Origin: Nitrososphaerota archaeon
GTDB taxonomy: Archaea > Thermoproteota > Nitrososphaeria_A > Caldarchaeales > Caldarchaeaceae
NCBI GenBank assembly: GCA_041641305.1
Contig: JBEPYN010000001.1
Coordinates: 128,001 to 192,000 of the forward strand
Length of the DNA: 64,000 nt
Direction: 5' to 3'
This document shows positions 41,872-51,398 of the stretch, in pieces. The notes below the pieces were generated by a model. It was not told the DNA's origin and did not search any database. It saw only the letters and a list, made by a program, of their open reading frames with translations. Both the position numbers and the translations under genes were made by a program. Each line of letters opens with the position of its first letter. Position 1 is the first letter of the stretch.

Positions 41872-42535
41872 ACTCTTTTTCCTCGACCTCGGCCTCCTCG
41901 ACTACAGAGAATGCCACGCAAAAATGCTGAGGCTTGTGGAGCAGAGGATTGCTCAGGAGGTGGGTGACACAGTAATCCTCGTTGAGCATCCGCATGTCTA
42001 TACTTTGGGGAGAAAAGGCAGGATGGAGAATGTCCTTGACAAATCTGTCCCGGTTTACCGAGTTGAAAGAGGCGGAGACGCCACGTACCACGGCCCCGGA
42101 CAGCTCGTCGCCTATCCTGTGATAGACCTGAACAAACTCGATGTGACAGTGGCCGGCTTCGTTCATCTCCTCGAAGACGTGTTGATTAAAGTTTTGCACG
42201 ATTTTTCTATAGAGGCGGAGCGTGTGGAGGGTTATCCCGGTGTCTGGGTGAGGGGGAAAAAGATTGCGTCAATTGGCCTGGCTGTGAAACAGTGGGTAAC
42301 CTATCACGGCATAGCCCTAAACGTCAACACAGACCTCTCAAAATTCATGGGAATAAGACCCTGTGGAATGGATAGCGAGATCATGACCTCGATGGAGAAA
42401 ATCCTCGGTCAAAAAGTGGACATGACAACCGTCAAACGAAGCCTCGTAAAACATCTCTCCCAAACACTCCGTAGGAACCCTGTCTACGTCACCGCTGCGG
42501 TCGCCGATACGGCCACCCTATTTAAATCCTTATAA
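41858..42535 (+). CDS. lipB: Octanoyltransferase
   Basis: EHPHVYTLGR, RGGDATYHGPGQ, KIASIG, HGIALN, PCG. Confidence 0.92.
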   Translation: MSRDELFFLDLGLLDYRECHAKMLRLVEQRIAQEVGDTVILVEHPHVYTLGRKGRMENVLDKSVPVYRVERGGDATYHGPGQLVAYPVIDLNKLDVTVAGFVHLLEDVLIKVLHDFSIEAERVEGYPGVWVRGKKIASIGLAVKQWVTYHGIALNVNTDLSKFMGIRPCGMDSEIMTSMEKILGQKVDMTTVKRSLVKHLSQTLRRNPVYVTAAVADTATLFKSL

Positions 42536-42557
42536 AGTATTTAAACCACATGAAGCC

Positions 42558-43121
42558 GTGCCAAAAGGCCCACCGCCGAAAATCGAGATACAGAACGTCG
42601 TGTCCAGCGTAACTCTGTTCCAGAAGCTTGACCTGGCCCAGATACAGCGAACTTTCCCCGATGTCGAATATAAGCCTGCTCAGTTTCCGGGACTTGTGTT
42701 CAGGCTTGCGAAGCCTAAGACGGCGACGCTCATTTTCAGCAGCGGCAAGATGGTGTGCACAGGTGCGAAAAGTGAGGAAGAGTCGATACGCGCGGTTAGG
42801 ACAGTTGTGAAGGCTTTGAAGAAGGAGGGGTTTGTGATACGTGAGGAGCCACAGATTGAGATTCAGAACATAGTGGCCTCAATAGATCTACATGGGCGCA
42901 TAGACTTAGAGAAAGCGGCCATGACACTGGAGAACGTGATGTATGAGCCTGAACAGTTTCCCGGACTCATCTACAGGATGAACAGCCCCAAGGTAGTCAT
43001 ACTGATGTTCGCGAGCGGCAAACTCGTCTGCACCGGCGCGAAGTATGAGAAAGATGTATACGAGGCTGTTAGCAAGCTTCAGCAGCTTCTGGAGGAGAAA
43101 GAGCTGATAAGCTACGATTAG
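42558..43121 (+). CDS. tbp: TATA-binding protein
   Basis: Two repeats NVV/NIV..YxPxQFPGL..IF/MF.SGK.VCTG. Confidence 0.96.
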   Translation: MPKGPPPKIEIQNVVSSVTLFQKLDLAQIQRTFPDVEYKPAQFPGLVFRLAKPKTATLIFSSGKMVCTGAKSEEESIRAVRTVVKALKKEGFVIREEPQIEIQNIVASIDLHGRIDLEKAAMTLENVMYEPEQFPGLIYRMNSPKVVILMFASGKLVCTGAKYEKDVYEAVSKLQQLLEEKELISYD

Positions 43122-43915
43122 ACAGGGAAAAATGCTCTCAAAAGGGGGAGGGTTTTCACTGGCTCGAGTCCTAGCAACTTTACTGACACACTTAGGCTAA
43201 ATAAGACAAGGACCACAAGTAAGAAGAAGATGTCCTTTCTCTTCATGTTTAGTTGCTTTAGGCTGGTTCTTTTACGTGATGCTCCAAAGCATTTTACCTC
43301 CATCGCCTCGGCTAGCTCGTATGAGCGGCGTATCACGTTGACAAGCAGCGGGACAAGCACTGGGATGAGGTTGCGTATCCGTTTGGTGAAGGGGCCTTTG
43401 TCAACCTCGAGGCCCCGAGCCCTCTGAGCATCCAAAACCACCTGCAGCTCCTCAGCCATGACGGGCGTGAACCTTATCGCAGACACAAAGGCGAAGGTGT
43501 ATTCATAGGGGACGCGGAGCTGCTGCAGCGTCAATGCGATTTCATCAGGCGTCGTGGTCAAAAAGAAAAGCGAGAAAGATGATAGAAAAACCAGCAGCCG
43601 TAGAGAATATGTTAAGGCATATCCCAGCCCCGTGACCAGCTCAGGCTCCCTGCTATATTGGGAGAAAAAAGTGATGACGAAAACTATTGCGACAAGCGGA
43701 AGGGCTCCTCTGATCGTTTTTATCCACAGTTTTTGAACTTTGGCCGACAGGATCACAAGGCTTTCGAGCGTTAGCAGGAGTAGTATTATGACGATGTCGA
43801 TGTGGATGACTGCTGTAACGAGGACCAGTGTTGAGGTGGCGAGCTTAACTCTCGGATCAAGCCTGTGGATAAATGTTGTGCCAGGCCGGAACCTCAGCCC
43901 TTCAAACAGGCTCAT
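43118..43915 (-). CDS. ecfT: ECF transporter T component
   Basis: LDPRVKL, TT, RF.P, AQRARG, AME. Confidence 0.9.
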   Translation of the reverse strand: MSLFEGLRFRPGTTFIHRLDPRVKLATSTLVLVTAVIHIDIVIILLLLTLESLVILSAKVQKLWIKTIRGALPLVAIVFVITFFSQYSREPELVTGLGYALTYSLRLLVFLSSFSLFFLTTTPDEIALTLQQLRVPYEYTFAFVSAIRFTPVMAEELQVVLDAQRARGLEVDKGPFTKRIRNLIPVLVPLLVNVIRRSYELAEAMEVKCFGASRKRTSLKQLNMKRKDIFFLLVVLVLFSLSVSVKLLGLEPVKTLPLLRAFFPV

Positions 43916-44729
43916 GACGCAGCACCTTCAAAACCTGTTTAACAGCTTCATCCACGTCAAGAACCCGGCTTTCGAAGCCGAGGTCTTTAAGCCTCTTAAA
44001 AGCATAGACCAGCTGAGGCATCAGGATAGAAGCCTTCTTCACAACCACCTCATCTGTTAGTATCTCTTCACACCTGCCATCGGCTACTACTTCGCCCTTG
44101 GACAAGAGGATGACCCGCGGCCTCAGCTCGGCCACGAACTCGACGTCATGGGTTGCGAGCAAGACAGTTCTTCCCTGTGTGTTAAGCATCTTTATCATGT
44201 GTTTCATCTTTTCTTTCTGGAGACTGTCCTGCCCAATTGTCGGCTCGTCGAGGCAGATGATTCGCGGGCTCCATGCCATTATGATGGCCATGGCAAGCCT
44301 CTTCTTCTCACCTCCGCTGAGCAGGAAGGGTGACTGGTTGGCGTATGTGTCTAGCTCGAAGAACTTGAGAGCCCACTCAACCCTTTTCCGCACAACATCC
44401 TCGCTGTATCCAAAGTTTCTCAACGCAAAAGCGACTTCGTCGAAAACGGTTGACTCGAAGAACATGTCTTCAGCGTTTTGGAAAACAAGCCCAGCAATCT
44501 GCGAAAGCTGGGCAACAGAGGCTGTTTTTGTCTCGACACCCTCCACAATTACCCTGCCCTTAACAGGTTTGAGTAGGCCGTTTACATGTTTGAGGAGCGT
44601 GGTTTTGCCTGAGCCATTTTCACCCATGAGAGCGACTAGCTCACCTGGCCTAAACTCGAGGGAGACGCCTTTCAGGGCGTGGACATTAGAGGGATAGGTG
44701 TAGTGTACCGATTCAAAGATGGCTGACAA
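43902..44729 (-). CDS. ecfA2: ECF transporter ATPase A2
   Basis: GENGSGKT, LSGGEKKR, DEPT. Confidence 0.9.
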   Translation of the reverse strand: MSAIFESVHYTYPSNVHALKGVSLEFRPGELVALMGENGSGKTTLLKHVNGLLKPVKGRVIVEGVETKTASVAQLSQIAGLVFQNAEDMFFESTVFDEVAFALRNFGYSEDVVRKRVEWALKFFELDTYANQSPFLLSGGEKKRLAMAIIMAWSPRIICLDEPTIGQDSLQKEKMKHMIKMLNTQGRTVLLATHDVEFVAELRPRVILLSKGEVVADGRCEEILTDEVVVKKASILMPQLVYAFKRLKDLGFESRVLDVDEAVKQVLKVLRHEPV

Positions 44730-45561
44730 GGCTTCTCACCTCGGCCTCAAACTCCTCTGCGCTCAAGCAGACCCTGTTCCACTTCTCCAAATGTGTCTTG
44801 AGTTTTTTGCTGACGCTGGTGATCTTGGGTGTGGCGACGCCGTGTAGATGCGAGTCGTGGAATTCGAAGAAGTCTCGTGGCGAACCGTCGAAGACCACTC
44901 GCCCGTCCGAGACAACCACTATTCTATCTGCTTTGGCCGCGGCCAGCTCAACCCTGTGCTCAACGAGTAAAACGGTTAGCTGAAGCTTTTTTCTGACATC
45001 GTCGATGAGACTGAGGAGCTGTGAAGCCGTTAACGGGTCGAGGAAAGAGGTGGGTTCATCCATGGCGAGTATCTTGGGCTTCATGGCGAGAACCGATGCT
45101 ATCGCGACTCTCTGCTGCTGGCCTCCAGAGAGCTCGAAGGGGGACCTGTCTCTGAGGTGTGTTATGTTGAGTAGGTTCATGGCTTCTTCGACGCGTTGAA
45201 TTATTTCCTCGCGGGGAAGCCCGAGGTTTTCGAGGGGGAAGGCTATGTCGGCTTCGACGGATAATGCGAAGAGCTGGTTCTGCGGGTTCTGGAAAACCAT
45301 GCCGATGACCTGTGACATCTTGTGTGTGGGTGTCTTGTCTGGCTCAAGCCCGTCGACTATGACCCGGCCGCTGTATTCACCCTCGTAAAACTGCGGAATC
45401 AAGCCGTTCAAACATCGGAGGAGGGTTGATTTTCCTCCGCCGCTCGGCCCCACAAGCAAAACGAACTCTCCTTTCTCGACCGAGAGGTTAATGTTTTTCA
45501 GGGCAGGCTTGTTGCTTCCGGCATAGGTGAACGATAGGTCATTTACCTGGATGATTGTCAT
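44713..45561 (-). CDS. ecfA1: ECF transporter ATPase A1
   Basis: GPSGGGKST, LSGGQQQR, DEPT, VEH. Confidence 0.9.
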   Translation of the reverse strand: MTIIQVNDLSFTYAGSNKPALKNINLSVEKGEFVLLVGPSGGGKSTLLRCLNGLIPQFYEGEYSGRVIVDGLEPDKTPTHKMSQVIGMVFQNPQNQLFALSVEADIAFPLENLGLPREEIIQRVEEAMNLLNITHLRDRSPFELSGGQQQRVAIASVLAMKPKILAMDEPTSFLDPLTASQLLSLIDDVRKKLQLTVLLVEHRVELAAAKADRIVVVSDGRVVFDGSPRDFFEFHDSHLHGVATPKITSVSKKLKTHLEKWNRVCLSAEEFEAEVRSLVSHL

Positions 45562-45564
45562 ATG

Positions 45565-46584
45565 TTACTCGGCCAGCTCCACAGCGGGTGTCGACAGCAG
45601 CGTTGACAAGCCCTTCACAGCCTCCTCGACGACCCTATCCACAGGTGCTTTGAGACGCAGCCTTGCGGCCCCAACATGTCCTCCGCCGTCGCCCTCAAAC
45701 CTCCGCAGAAGATAATTTACGAGGTCGTCTCCAAGCCCTACTCCGGCGAATTTCTGGAAATCGTAGGAGCCGCGTGCAGCCAGTATTGTGTATTCTCCCT
45801 TCTCACCTGCGACCAGAGCGACATGGGCGCCCGCGTTCACAAGAGTGCGCGCAACCGATGAGAGATAGCTGTTGACACGTGAGACGGCCACGAACCAGTC
45901 ACCCAACCTATAAACCGATGCACGGCGCAAACCCTTCAGCCTCGCTATCCTCTCCGCATCATCACCACGAGGCTCGAGCATCCCCAGCACAGAATAGGGA
46001 TTGATTCTCTGGAGAAGCCTCGCGGCCTTGATAGCCACTTCTTCATCGGCTATCGAGAGCCTTACGGTGTCGTAGTATATTCCGAGGAAAAGTGCCTCCG
46101 CCGTCTCCTTGTCCATGACGAGGTTTAAATATTCTACCAAGTCGTATACTATTTCCGCTGTTGCCAGATAATTTGGAGAAACTAATGTGGTTGCTCCGCT
46201 GTTTTCTACGGTTCTAACGTGGTGGTCTATCGAGATGATTGGCTTGCCCGAGCCGTAAACCATGTCCATGTATTCTCCGAGGAGATGGGGAGAGCCGACG
46301 TCTACAAGCAGGTAGACATCAGGTTTCTCCACGAGTTTCTCCTTGACCCCCAGATGCTCCATTATTGCTTTGACGTGTAGAGCGGATTCCTCGGGGATGA
46401 GAAAACCCGTTTCCGAGGCTTCATAATTCTGAGAGAGAAGCCTGCACATCACGTACGCCGAGCCGACCGAGTCGGCGTCCCCTCCCCAGTGGGAAAGCAC
46501 CTGCACTCGCCGGCCTCTGACATGATGCTGTAAAATCCTGTGAATCTCCGAGATAAAGCCGTGGTCTCTCATTTTCCGTGACAA
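45565..46584 (-). CDS. DHH-family phosphoesterase
   Basis: H..GDADS, VD, IDHH, YDT, GGGH. Confidence 0.87.
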   Translation of the reverse strand: MSRKMRDHGFISEIHRILQHHVRGRRVQVLSHWGGDADSVGSAYVMCRLLSQNYEASETGFLIPEESALHVKAIMEHLGVKEKLVEKPDVYLLVDVGSPHLLGEYMDMVYGSGKPIISIDHHVRTVENSGATTLVSPNYLATAEIVYDLVEYLNLVMDKETAEALFLGIYYDTVRLSIADEEVAIKAARLLQRINPYSVLGMLEPRGDDAERIARLKGLRRASVYRLGDWFVAVSRVNSYLSSVARTLVNAGAHVALVAGEKGEYTILAARGSYDFQKFAGVGLGDDLVNYLLRRFEGDGGGHVGAARLRLKAPVDRVVEEAVKGLSTLLSTPAVELAE

Positions 46585-46616
46585 AAGATATGAGTGATGT
46601 TTTAAACTCTATGGCT

Positions 46617-46982
46617 CTACTGCTCCGAAGCCTGTCCGCCTGAGAGCAGTTTCTGAACCTCTTTCTGGAGAGACTCGATCTGAGCGCGGGCCCTAGACTC
46701 CTGTCTCTCTATCACTTTCAGCCTTGTGTCGGCTAGCTCCTTTCTCTCTGTAAGTTCTGCGACCATTTTCTCTTTGCTTGTTTGAACGAGGACAGGGCCC
46801 ACGGCCTTGAACAACACGGCCGAGTCATCCATTTTGTTTATCTCCTCCAAAGCCGCCGTCACCTCGGCGAGCTCCGACTCGATTCTCTGTTTTTCCGAGA
46901 GAAGGAGGCTCAGGCTTTGCTGCAGCTGCTGAAGCCTCAGCACCTGCTGCTGAACGTTGGGGGGAAGCTGTCTCTCAGCCAT
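46617..46982 (-). CDS. pfdB: Prefoldin beta subunit
   Basis: LPPNVQ, coiled coils flanking FKAVGPVLV. Confidence 0.92.
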   Translation of the reverse strand: MAERQLPPNVQQQVLRLQQLQQSLSLLLSEKQRIESELAEVTAALEEINKMDDSAVLFKAVGPVLVQTSKEKMVAELTERKELADTRLKVIERQESRARAQIESLQKEVQKLLSGGQASEQ

Positions 46983-47226
46983 TCTCCAGCACCTCCATCG
47001 TAGCCAAGGAAACGTTCAAGAGCCTTATTACTGTGTTGGCTGCGGCACGGGCCGCGGTGATGTCCTCTGCCTCAAGCTTCACGGTAACATCGCCGTCGAT
47101 CCTCTCTACGGATGTCTTTGACCTCCTCGACTTGATGGAATCAGTTTCGGGTTTTAGGCTCTTTAAAATGGATGAGGCTTTGTCAGGGTCGGTGGAAAAC
47201 TCTATGAAAATTGTTACATGGGCCAT
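46975..47226 (-). CDS. pcc1: KEOPS subunit Pcc1
   Basis: SLKPE..RS..AEDITAARAAAN; superoperon position. Confidence 0.85.
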   Translation of the reverse strand: MAHVTIFIEFSTDPDKASSILKSLKPETDSIKSRRSKTSVERIDGDVTVKLEAEDITAARAAANTVIRLLNVSLATMEVLENG

Positions 47227-47457
47227 TTATTTCTCAGCCTTGGGTGTGTAGGCTTGTCCAGCGAACTTGTAGCCGCATCTCCTGCACTGCCATATGCCGA
47301 CCGAGACCCGCCGCACTCTCTTTGCCCCACATCTGTCGCAGACATGGCGTGCTCTAGCAACAGAGACGACCTCGGCCCATTTCTTCCTCAGTGTGGATCC
47401 GTACCTTGGTCCGAGCCCCTTCGCAATGGCCTGACGACTTTTAACCATCTCCAACAC
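47227..47457 (-). CDS. rpl37ae: 50S ribosomal protein eL43 (L37Ae)
   Basis: GPRYGSTLRK, CDRC, GIWQCRRC, AGQAYTP. Confidence 0.93.
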   Translation of the reverse strand: MLEMVKSRQAIAKGLGPRYGSTLRKKWAEVVSVARARHVCDRCGAKRVRRVSVGIWQCRRCGYKFAGQAYTPKAEK

Positions 47458-48268
47458 CTTCCACTAATTTGCTTCTAAGCATAGTGGATGCATCAAGCCC
47501 AATTTTAACCATCTCCTTGAACATGTTCACGGGAAGCAGGCCTGGCGAACTCTTCTGAACAGCCGACAAAACACCTTCGCTGTCGTATCCTATGGTTACG
47601 ACAGTGTCAGCCACCTCCTCCTCCGCCGGCAGAGGGTCTACAACAATCTTGTCGCGGATAAGCGCCATAGTCACGCTTACGGGCAGTGTTCTCATGGGTA
47701 GCTTCATCTTCTCACCCGGCACAGCCTCCACTTTACCGTCCACCACACGGTAGACGGGGAGCGTCATGGTCTTAAGCGCGGCCACCGCGGAAAGAACAGA
47801 TGCGTCAAAGTAGTTGCCGTCATAGTCCAAAACATAGCAGTCTATGAAAATCATGTAAACCTTCTGACCCTCTACTATGCATAGCTTATCGACCTCGATG
47901 GCTTTGCTCTCCCTGATAACCCTGTCCACAATACGTGAGAGCTCTATGGCTCTTTCATCGGGTGGCCCTGGCTCAAACGTCTTTGACGCGAGCGGCAGCA
48001 GCTCTGCGTTGACCGTGAATACTCCTTCGTTTGGACGATCGGGATAAGGCGTGCCGACCTCTACCTTTATTCCTGTGAGAATCTTTGTTTTGCCGAGCGA
48101 GACGAGGGCTGAGCCGTTCGCTTTCTCAACAACACCTGTCGATATCTCGATTCTCCTGTATTGCAGTGGATCGCGTTCGTCTATTCTTTTCCCGATTTTC
48201 AGTAGGTCGTATATCTTGTTCTTCATTATCTTTATGCCGTACCCACGTTTCTCCAGTCCAAGGCTCAT
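47441..48268 (-). CDS. rrp42: Exosome subunit Rrp42
   Basis: RIDER...YR, ANGSA, PYPDRP, FEPGPP, DGNYFD. Confidence 0.93.
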   Translation of the reverse strand: MSLGLEKRGYGIKIMKNKIYDLLKIGKRIDERDPLQYRRIEISTGVVEKANGSALVSLGKTKILTGIKVEVGTPYPDRPNEGVFTVNAELLPLASKTFEPGPPDERAIELSRIVDRVIRESKAIEVDKLCIVEGQKVYMIFIDCYVLDYDGNYFDASVLSAVAALKTMTLPVYRVVDGKVEAVPGEKMKLPMRTLPVSVTMALIRDKIVVDPLPAEEEVADTVVTIGYDSEGVLSAVQKSSPGLLPVNMFKEMVKIGLDASTMLRSKLVEGVGDG

Positions 48269-49005
48269 GTTTCCAGCCCCTCCGGCTCAACACGGTATTT
48301 CCGTTTGAGCGCGTCTATTTGCATCTGGTGTATTTTCTGAACAGCTTGTTGCGCCATCTCAAGGCCTTTGTCAATCTCCTCGGGCGTCATCCTACCGTTA
48401 AGCTGCAGAAGAACTATCGAGTTTATGCGTGGCGCTATAGCCACAGGCATGTCTGCTTCACCATACTTGTCTTCCTGCTCGTTGATGTCGAGGACAAGAA
48501 CTCCGTCAACCTTCCCAACAGCTATCGCCGCAATCATGTCAGACATCGGTATACCAGCGTCGGCCAGGGCCAGCGAAGCTGCAGTTATACCGGCTGTTCT
48601 CGTCCCGCCATCTGCCTGAATGACTTCGACGAAGATATCTATCATCATTCTGGGAAACTCTTCGAGAAAAACAACTGTTTCAAGGGCTTCTCGGATTACT
48701 TTGGAGAGCTCTATTTCACGTCGCGTCATGCCGAGTGGTTTCCGCTCGTCTACGCTAAAGGAGGCCATGTGGTATCTGCAGTTTATGACGCCTTTGTCCG
48801 GGAGTTCGAGGTGTTTGGGGTGAACCTCTCGGGGCCCTATGACGCCTGCGTAAATCCTTGTACCACCTAGCTCGACGTAGGCTGAGCCGTCAGTCTTCTC
48901 CAACACTCCGACCTCCATCCTCATCTTCCTCATCTCGTCAGGTCTCCGGCCATCAACCCTCAAACCATTTTCATCAATTAGACGAATCTTCACCACCTCC
49001 TCCAA
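48265..49005 (-). CDS. rrp41: Exosome subunit Rrp41
   Basis: [26 protein letters not shown]. Confidence 0.95.
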   Translation of the reverse strand: MEEVVKIRLIDENGLRVDGRRPDEMRKMRMEVGVLEKTDGSAYVELGGTRIYAGVIGPREVHPKHLELPDKGVINCRYHMASFSVDERKPLGMTRREIELSKVIREALETVVFLEEFPRMMIDIFVEVIQADGGTRTAGITAASLALADAGIPMSDMIAAIAVGKVDGVLVLDINEQEDKYGEADMPVAIAPRINSIVLLQLNGRMTPEEIDKGLEMAQQAVQKIHQMQIDALKRKYRVEPEGLET

Positions 49006-49645
49006 GCATTTTCCTAATCATCTGGATAACTCGTTCAGTTAACCCAGATGTGTGCGCTTCCCTCTCAATCATGTTCACCGCCGCCACTGCGGCGAACTCG
49101 TGGGCAGGGTCTGGCCCGTTGACCACTATTAAACCGTTGCGACCGACCCAGAAGTCGCATCCCGTCTCTCGGCGGAGAACCTGAAGCATCGAGCCTTTTC
49201 TCCCTATTATGCGCGGAACCTTAGCCGCGTTGACGGAGACGAGGATGCCTGAAGGTATTTTCTGCAGACCCTCTGTGGCGAGAACTATTCCTTTTAGGCC
49301 TGTTGCCTTTACTTCCGCGAGGACACAGTCGCCTATGTCGATTTTGAGGGGTGTGGTTTCTCTCTCATGCGGCTTGATGACGGCTGTTGTTTCTCCCCCG
49401 ATGTCCACCTCCACAGCGTTCGGCTTGACGTCGGAGACTATTCCAACTACCTTGTCACCTCTCTGAGGCCTGTATCTTCCGCTGACAGGAACCACTCTGA
49501 GGACGCCGTTGCTGAATTTGGCGAAGCCCATCACCGACGCGTAGACCTTGCCATCACGGACATAAGTGCCGAATCCGCTTTGCCTCGGGTTGTCTGACAG
49601 CAATTGACCGGGAACAACAATCTCACTCTCGCTAAAGTACTGCAT
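48974..49645 (-). CDS. rrp4: Exosome RNA-binding subunit Rrp4
   Basis: VVPGQ, Y.P..GD.VVG (S1), [10 protein letters not shown] (KH), HTSGLT. Confidence 0.92.
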   Translation of the reverse strand: MQYFSESEIVVPGQLLSDNPRQSGFGTYVRDGKVYASVMGFAKFSNGVLRVVPVSGRYRPQRGDKVVGIVSDVKPNAVEVDIGGETTAVIKPHERETTPLKIDIGDCVLAEVKATGLKGIVLATEGLQKIPSGILVSVNAAKVPRIIGRKGSMLQVLRRETGCDFWVGRNGLIVVNGPDPAHEFAAVAAVNMIEREAHTSGLTERVIQMIRKMLGGGGEDSSN

Positions 49646-49646
49646 A

Positions 49647-50345
49647 TCAGCCCACCGGCTTTACCTCCACTCTTCCTCCGCAGATCTTGTTAAGCCTGTC
49701 TATTAGATCTGCCTGAACACCTGTCGGTATCTCTGCAACGCATCGCCAGCTTCCGTCTCCCAGCCAACTCTCCTCAAGTATGTTGCCCATGCTCCGTATC
49801 AGGCCATACACTTTGCCCATGAACTCGCCTGCGACCCGGACCTCCACCTTCATGTTCCCAATCTTGATGGGCAGAACTCGTCTAAGTTTCTCGATAGCTT
49901 TCATTGCCTCGACCTTGGGGTCTGCGAAAGGCTCAATGGAGAGGCCTACCTGCTCGAGTGCGAGTTCAATTCTTTGCGGCGGATGCGGCGTGTTGGTTCT
50001 GGAGTCTATGGCGTTTTTCGCGATGAAATCAATTATCTGCCGTTTCTTCTCCTCGATGAGCCTTCGCCTCTGCTCGGTGGTGATAAGGACTTCGCCGTCG
50101 GTCATGATTTTCTCCGCCACCGCACGTGCATCCGTTGTCCCAAAAGCCTTCTTCAACTCGCTTTCAGAAGCTCTAACACCTTTCTTCCAGTCCTTGAAAA
50201 CCTCCTCGTACACCAGAATCTTTGATATGGGGATTTTTTCCCCTAATTTGTAGCGCAAAGCGTTGTCTGGGTCCACAAGAACCTCGTATGTTGTTCCACC
50301 GATACCGAGCCTTGCTATCGTATAGTTTTCACGTTGCTTAGGCAT
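49647..50345 (-). CDS. sdo1: Ribosome maturation factor SBDS/Sdo1
   Basis: YEVLVDP, KG.RAS, AFGT, PHPPQRIE. Confidence 0.92.
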   Translation of the reverse strand: MPKQRENYTIARLGIGGTTYEVLVDPDNALRYKLGEKIPISKILVYEEVFKDWKKGVRASESELKKAFGTTDARAVAEKIMTDGEVLITTEQRRRLIEEKKRQIIDFIAKNAIDSRTNTPHPPQRIELALEQVGLSIEPFADPKVEAMKAIEKLRRVLPIKIGNMKVEVRVAGEFMGKVYGLIRSMGNILEESWLGDGSWRCVAEIPTGVQADLIDRLNKICGGRVEVKPVG

Positions 50346-50356
50346 CCTCGGCTCAA

Positions 50357-51091
50357 CTACTGTTTCTTTGCCTTGATCAGGTTTTCTAGAAGGGCGTTTA
50401 GCTCAGGCTGTGGCTTCAGAGTGTATTTCCTCGTTGTCAGAGGGATTGTGACAAGCCTGACTGTCCACCCCTCCTCGATTTTGTCAACAGAGTCAACAAG
50501 GGCGCCGAGTGCGAGTTCTACGGCTTTGTCGAGAGACAAGTCGCTGCGGTAGTTGTTTTCGAAGATTTCCCTTACCTTGTCAGCACCTCTGCCGATGGCC
50601 CATGCGTTGTACTCGAGGATGAGGCCGCTTGGCTCCGCGTAGAAGAGCCTTGGCCCTGTTTTGTCGACTCCTCCTATGAGAAGAGCTGTGCCAAAAGGCC
50701 TTACTCCCGCGTGCTGCGTGTAGAGCTGCATTATGTCGCCCACTCTTCTCGCCACAGCCTCGACCAGCGGTTCCTCGTCATAGGAGAGCCTTAGTGTCTG
50801 GGCGTAAACTCTCGCGTTGTCGACAAGAACTCTCGCGTCGGAGTTTAGTCCCGCCGTCGCCGACCCTATGTGCTCATCTATCTGGAAAATTTTCCAAGAG
50901 AAGTCAGGGTTCTGCAGCTTAGTGTGCATACGCTCTTCAACGGCCAGCACAACCCCTTCGCGGCAAGTAATGGCGAGAGCGGTTGAGCCTGACCGAACAG
51001 TCTCGAGAGCATATTCAACTTGGTAGAGCCGTCCCTGCGGTGAAAAAACAGTGATAGCCCTGTCATATGCACCAGTCATTCCCAGCGCCAT
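50357..51091 (-). CDS. psmA: 20S proteasome alpha subunit
   Basis: YDRAITVFSPQGRLYQVEYA, RPFG. Confidence 0.96.
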   Translation of the reverse strand: MALGMTGAYDRAITVFSPQGRLYQVEYALETVRSGSTALAITCREGVVLAVEERMHTKLQNPDFSWKIFQIDEHIGSATAGLNSDARVLVDNARVYAQTLRLSYDEEPLVEAVARRVGDIMQLYTQHAGVRPFGTALLIGGVDKTGPRLFYAEPSGLILEYNAWAIGRGADKVREIFENNYRSDLSLDKAVELALGALVDSVDKIEEGWTVRLVTIPLTTRKYTLKPQPELNALLENLIKAKKQ

Positions 51092-51194
51092 TGCTCAACA
51101 CACCTATGGTGTGAGAGTTTGCTGGGATTAAATAAAGTTACCGTAGCTGAAGTCATCGTTTTAACGCTATATAGGGCTGGTAACATTATGCACC

Positions 51195-51398
51195 ATGCCT
51201 CTGTGCAGCGAGTGCGGGGGAGGACTAGTTTACGACCGGGAGCTGAGACTATACACATGCAGCTCATGCGGCGCAACCTACACTTCTCAAGACCTTTTGG
51301 TGGAGAAGGAGAAGAAGTTTAACGCAAGGTTCGAGGAGGAGAGGAAAAGACGCAGAAGAGAAGAGTACCTCGAATGGTGGCTTAGCTCGAAGCAGTGA
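51195..51398 (+). CDS. Small Zn-ribbon protein
   Basis: CSEC..CSSC, charged helix, EYLEWWL; TATA-like TATATA upstream. Confidence 0.7.
   Translation: MPLCSECGGGLVYDRELRLYTCSSCGATYTSQDLLVEKEKKFNARFEEERKRRRREEYLEWWLSSKQ

Noticed and set aside
48085-48870. 261-aa antisense ORF
   Set aside because: Shadow of rrp41/rrp42 with no motifs
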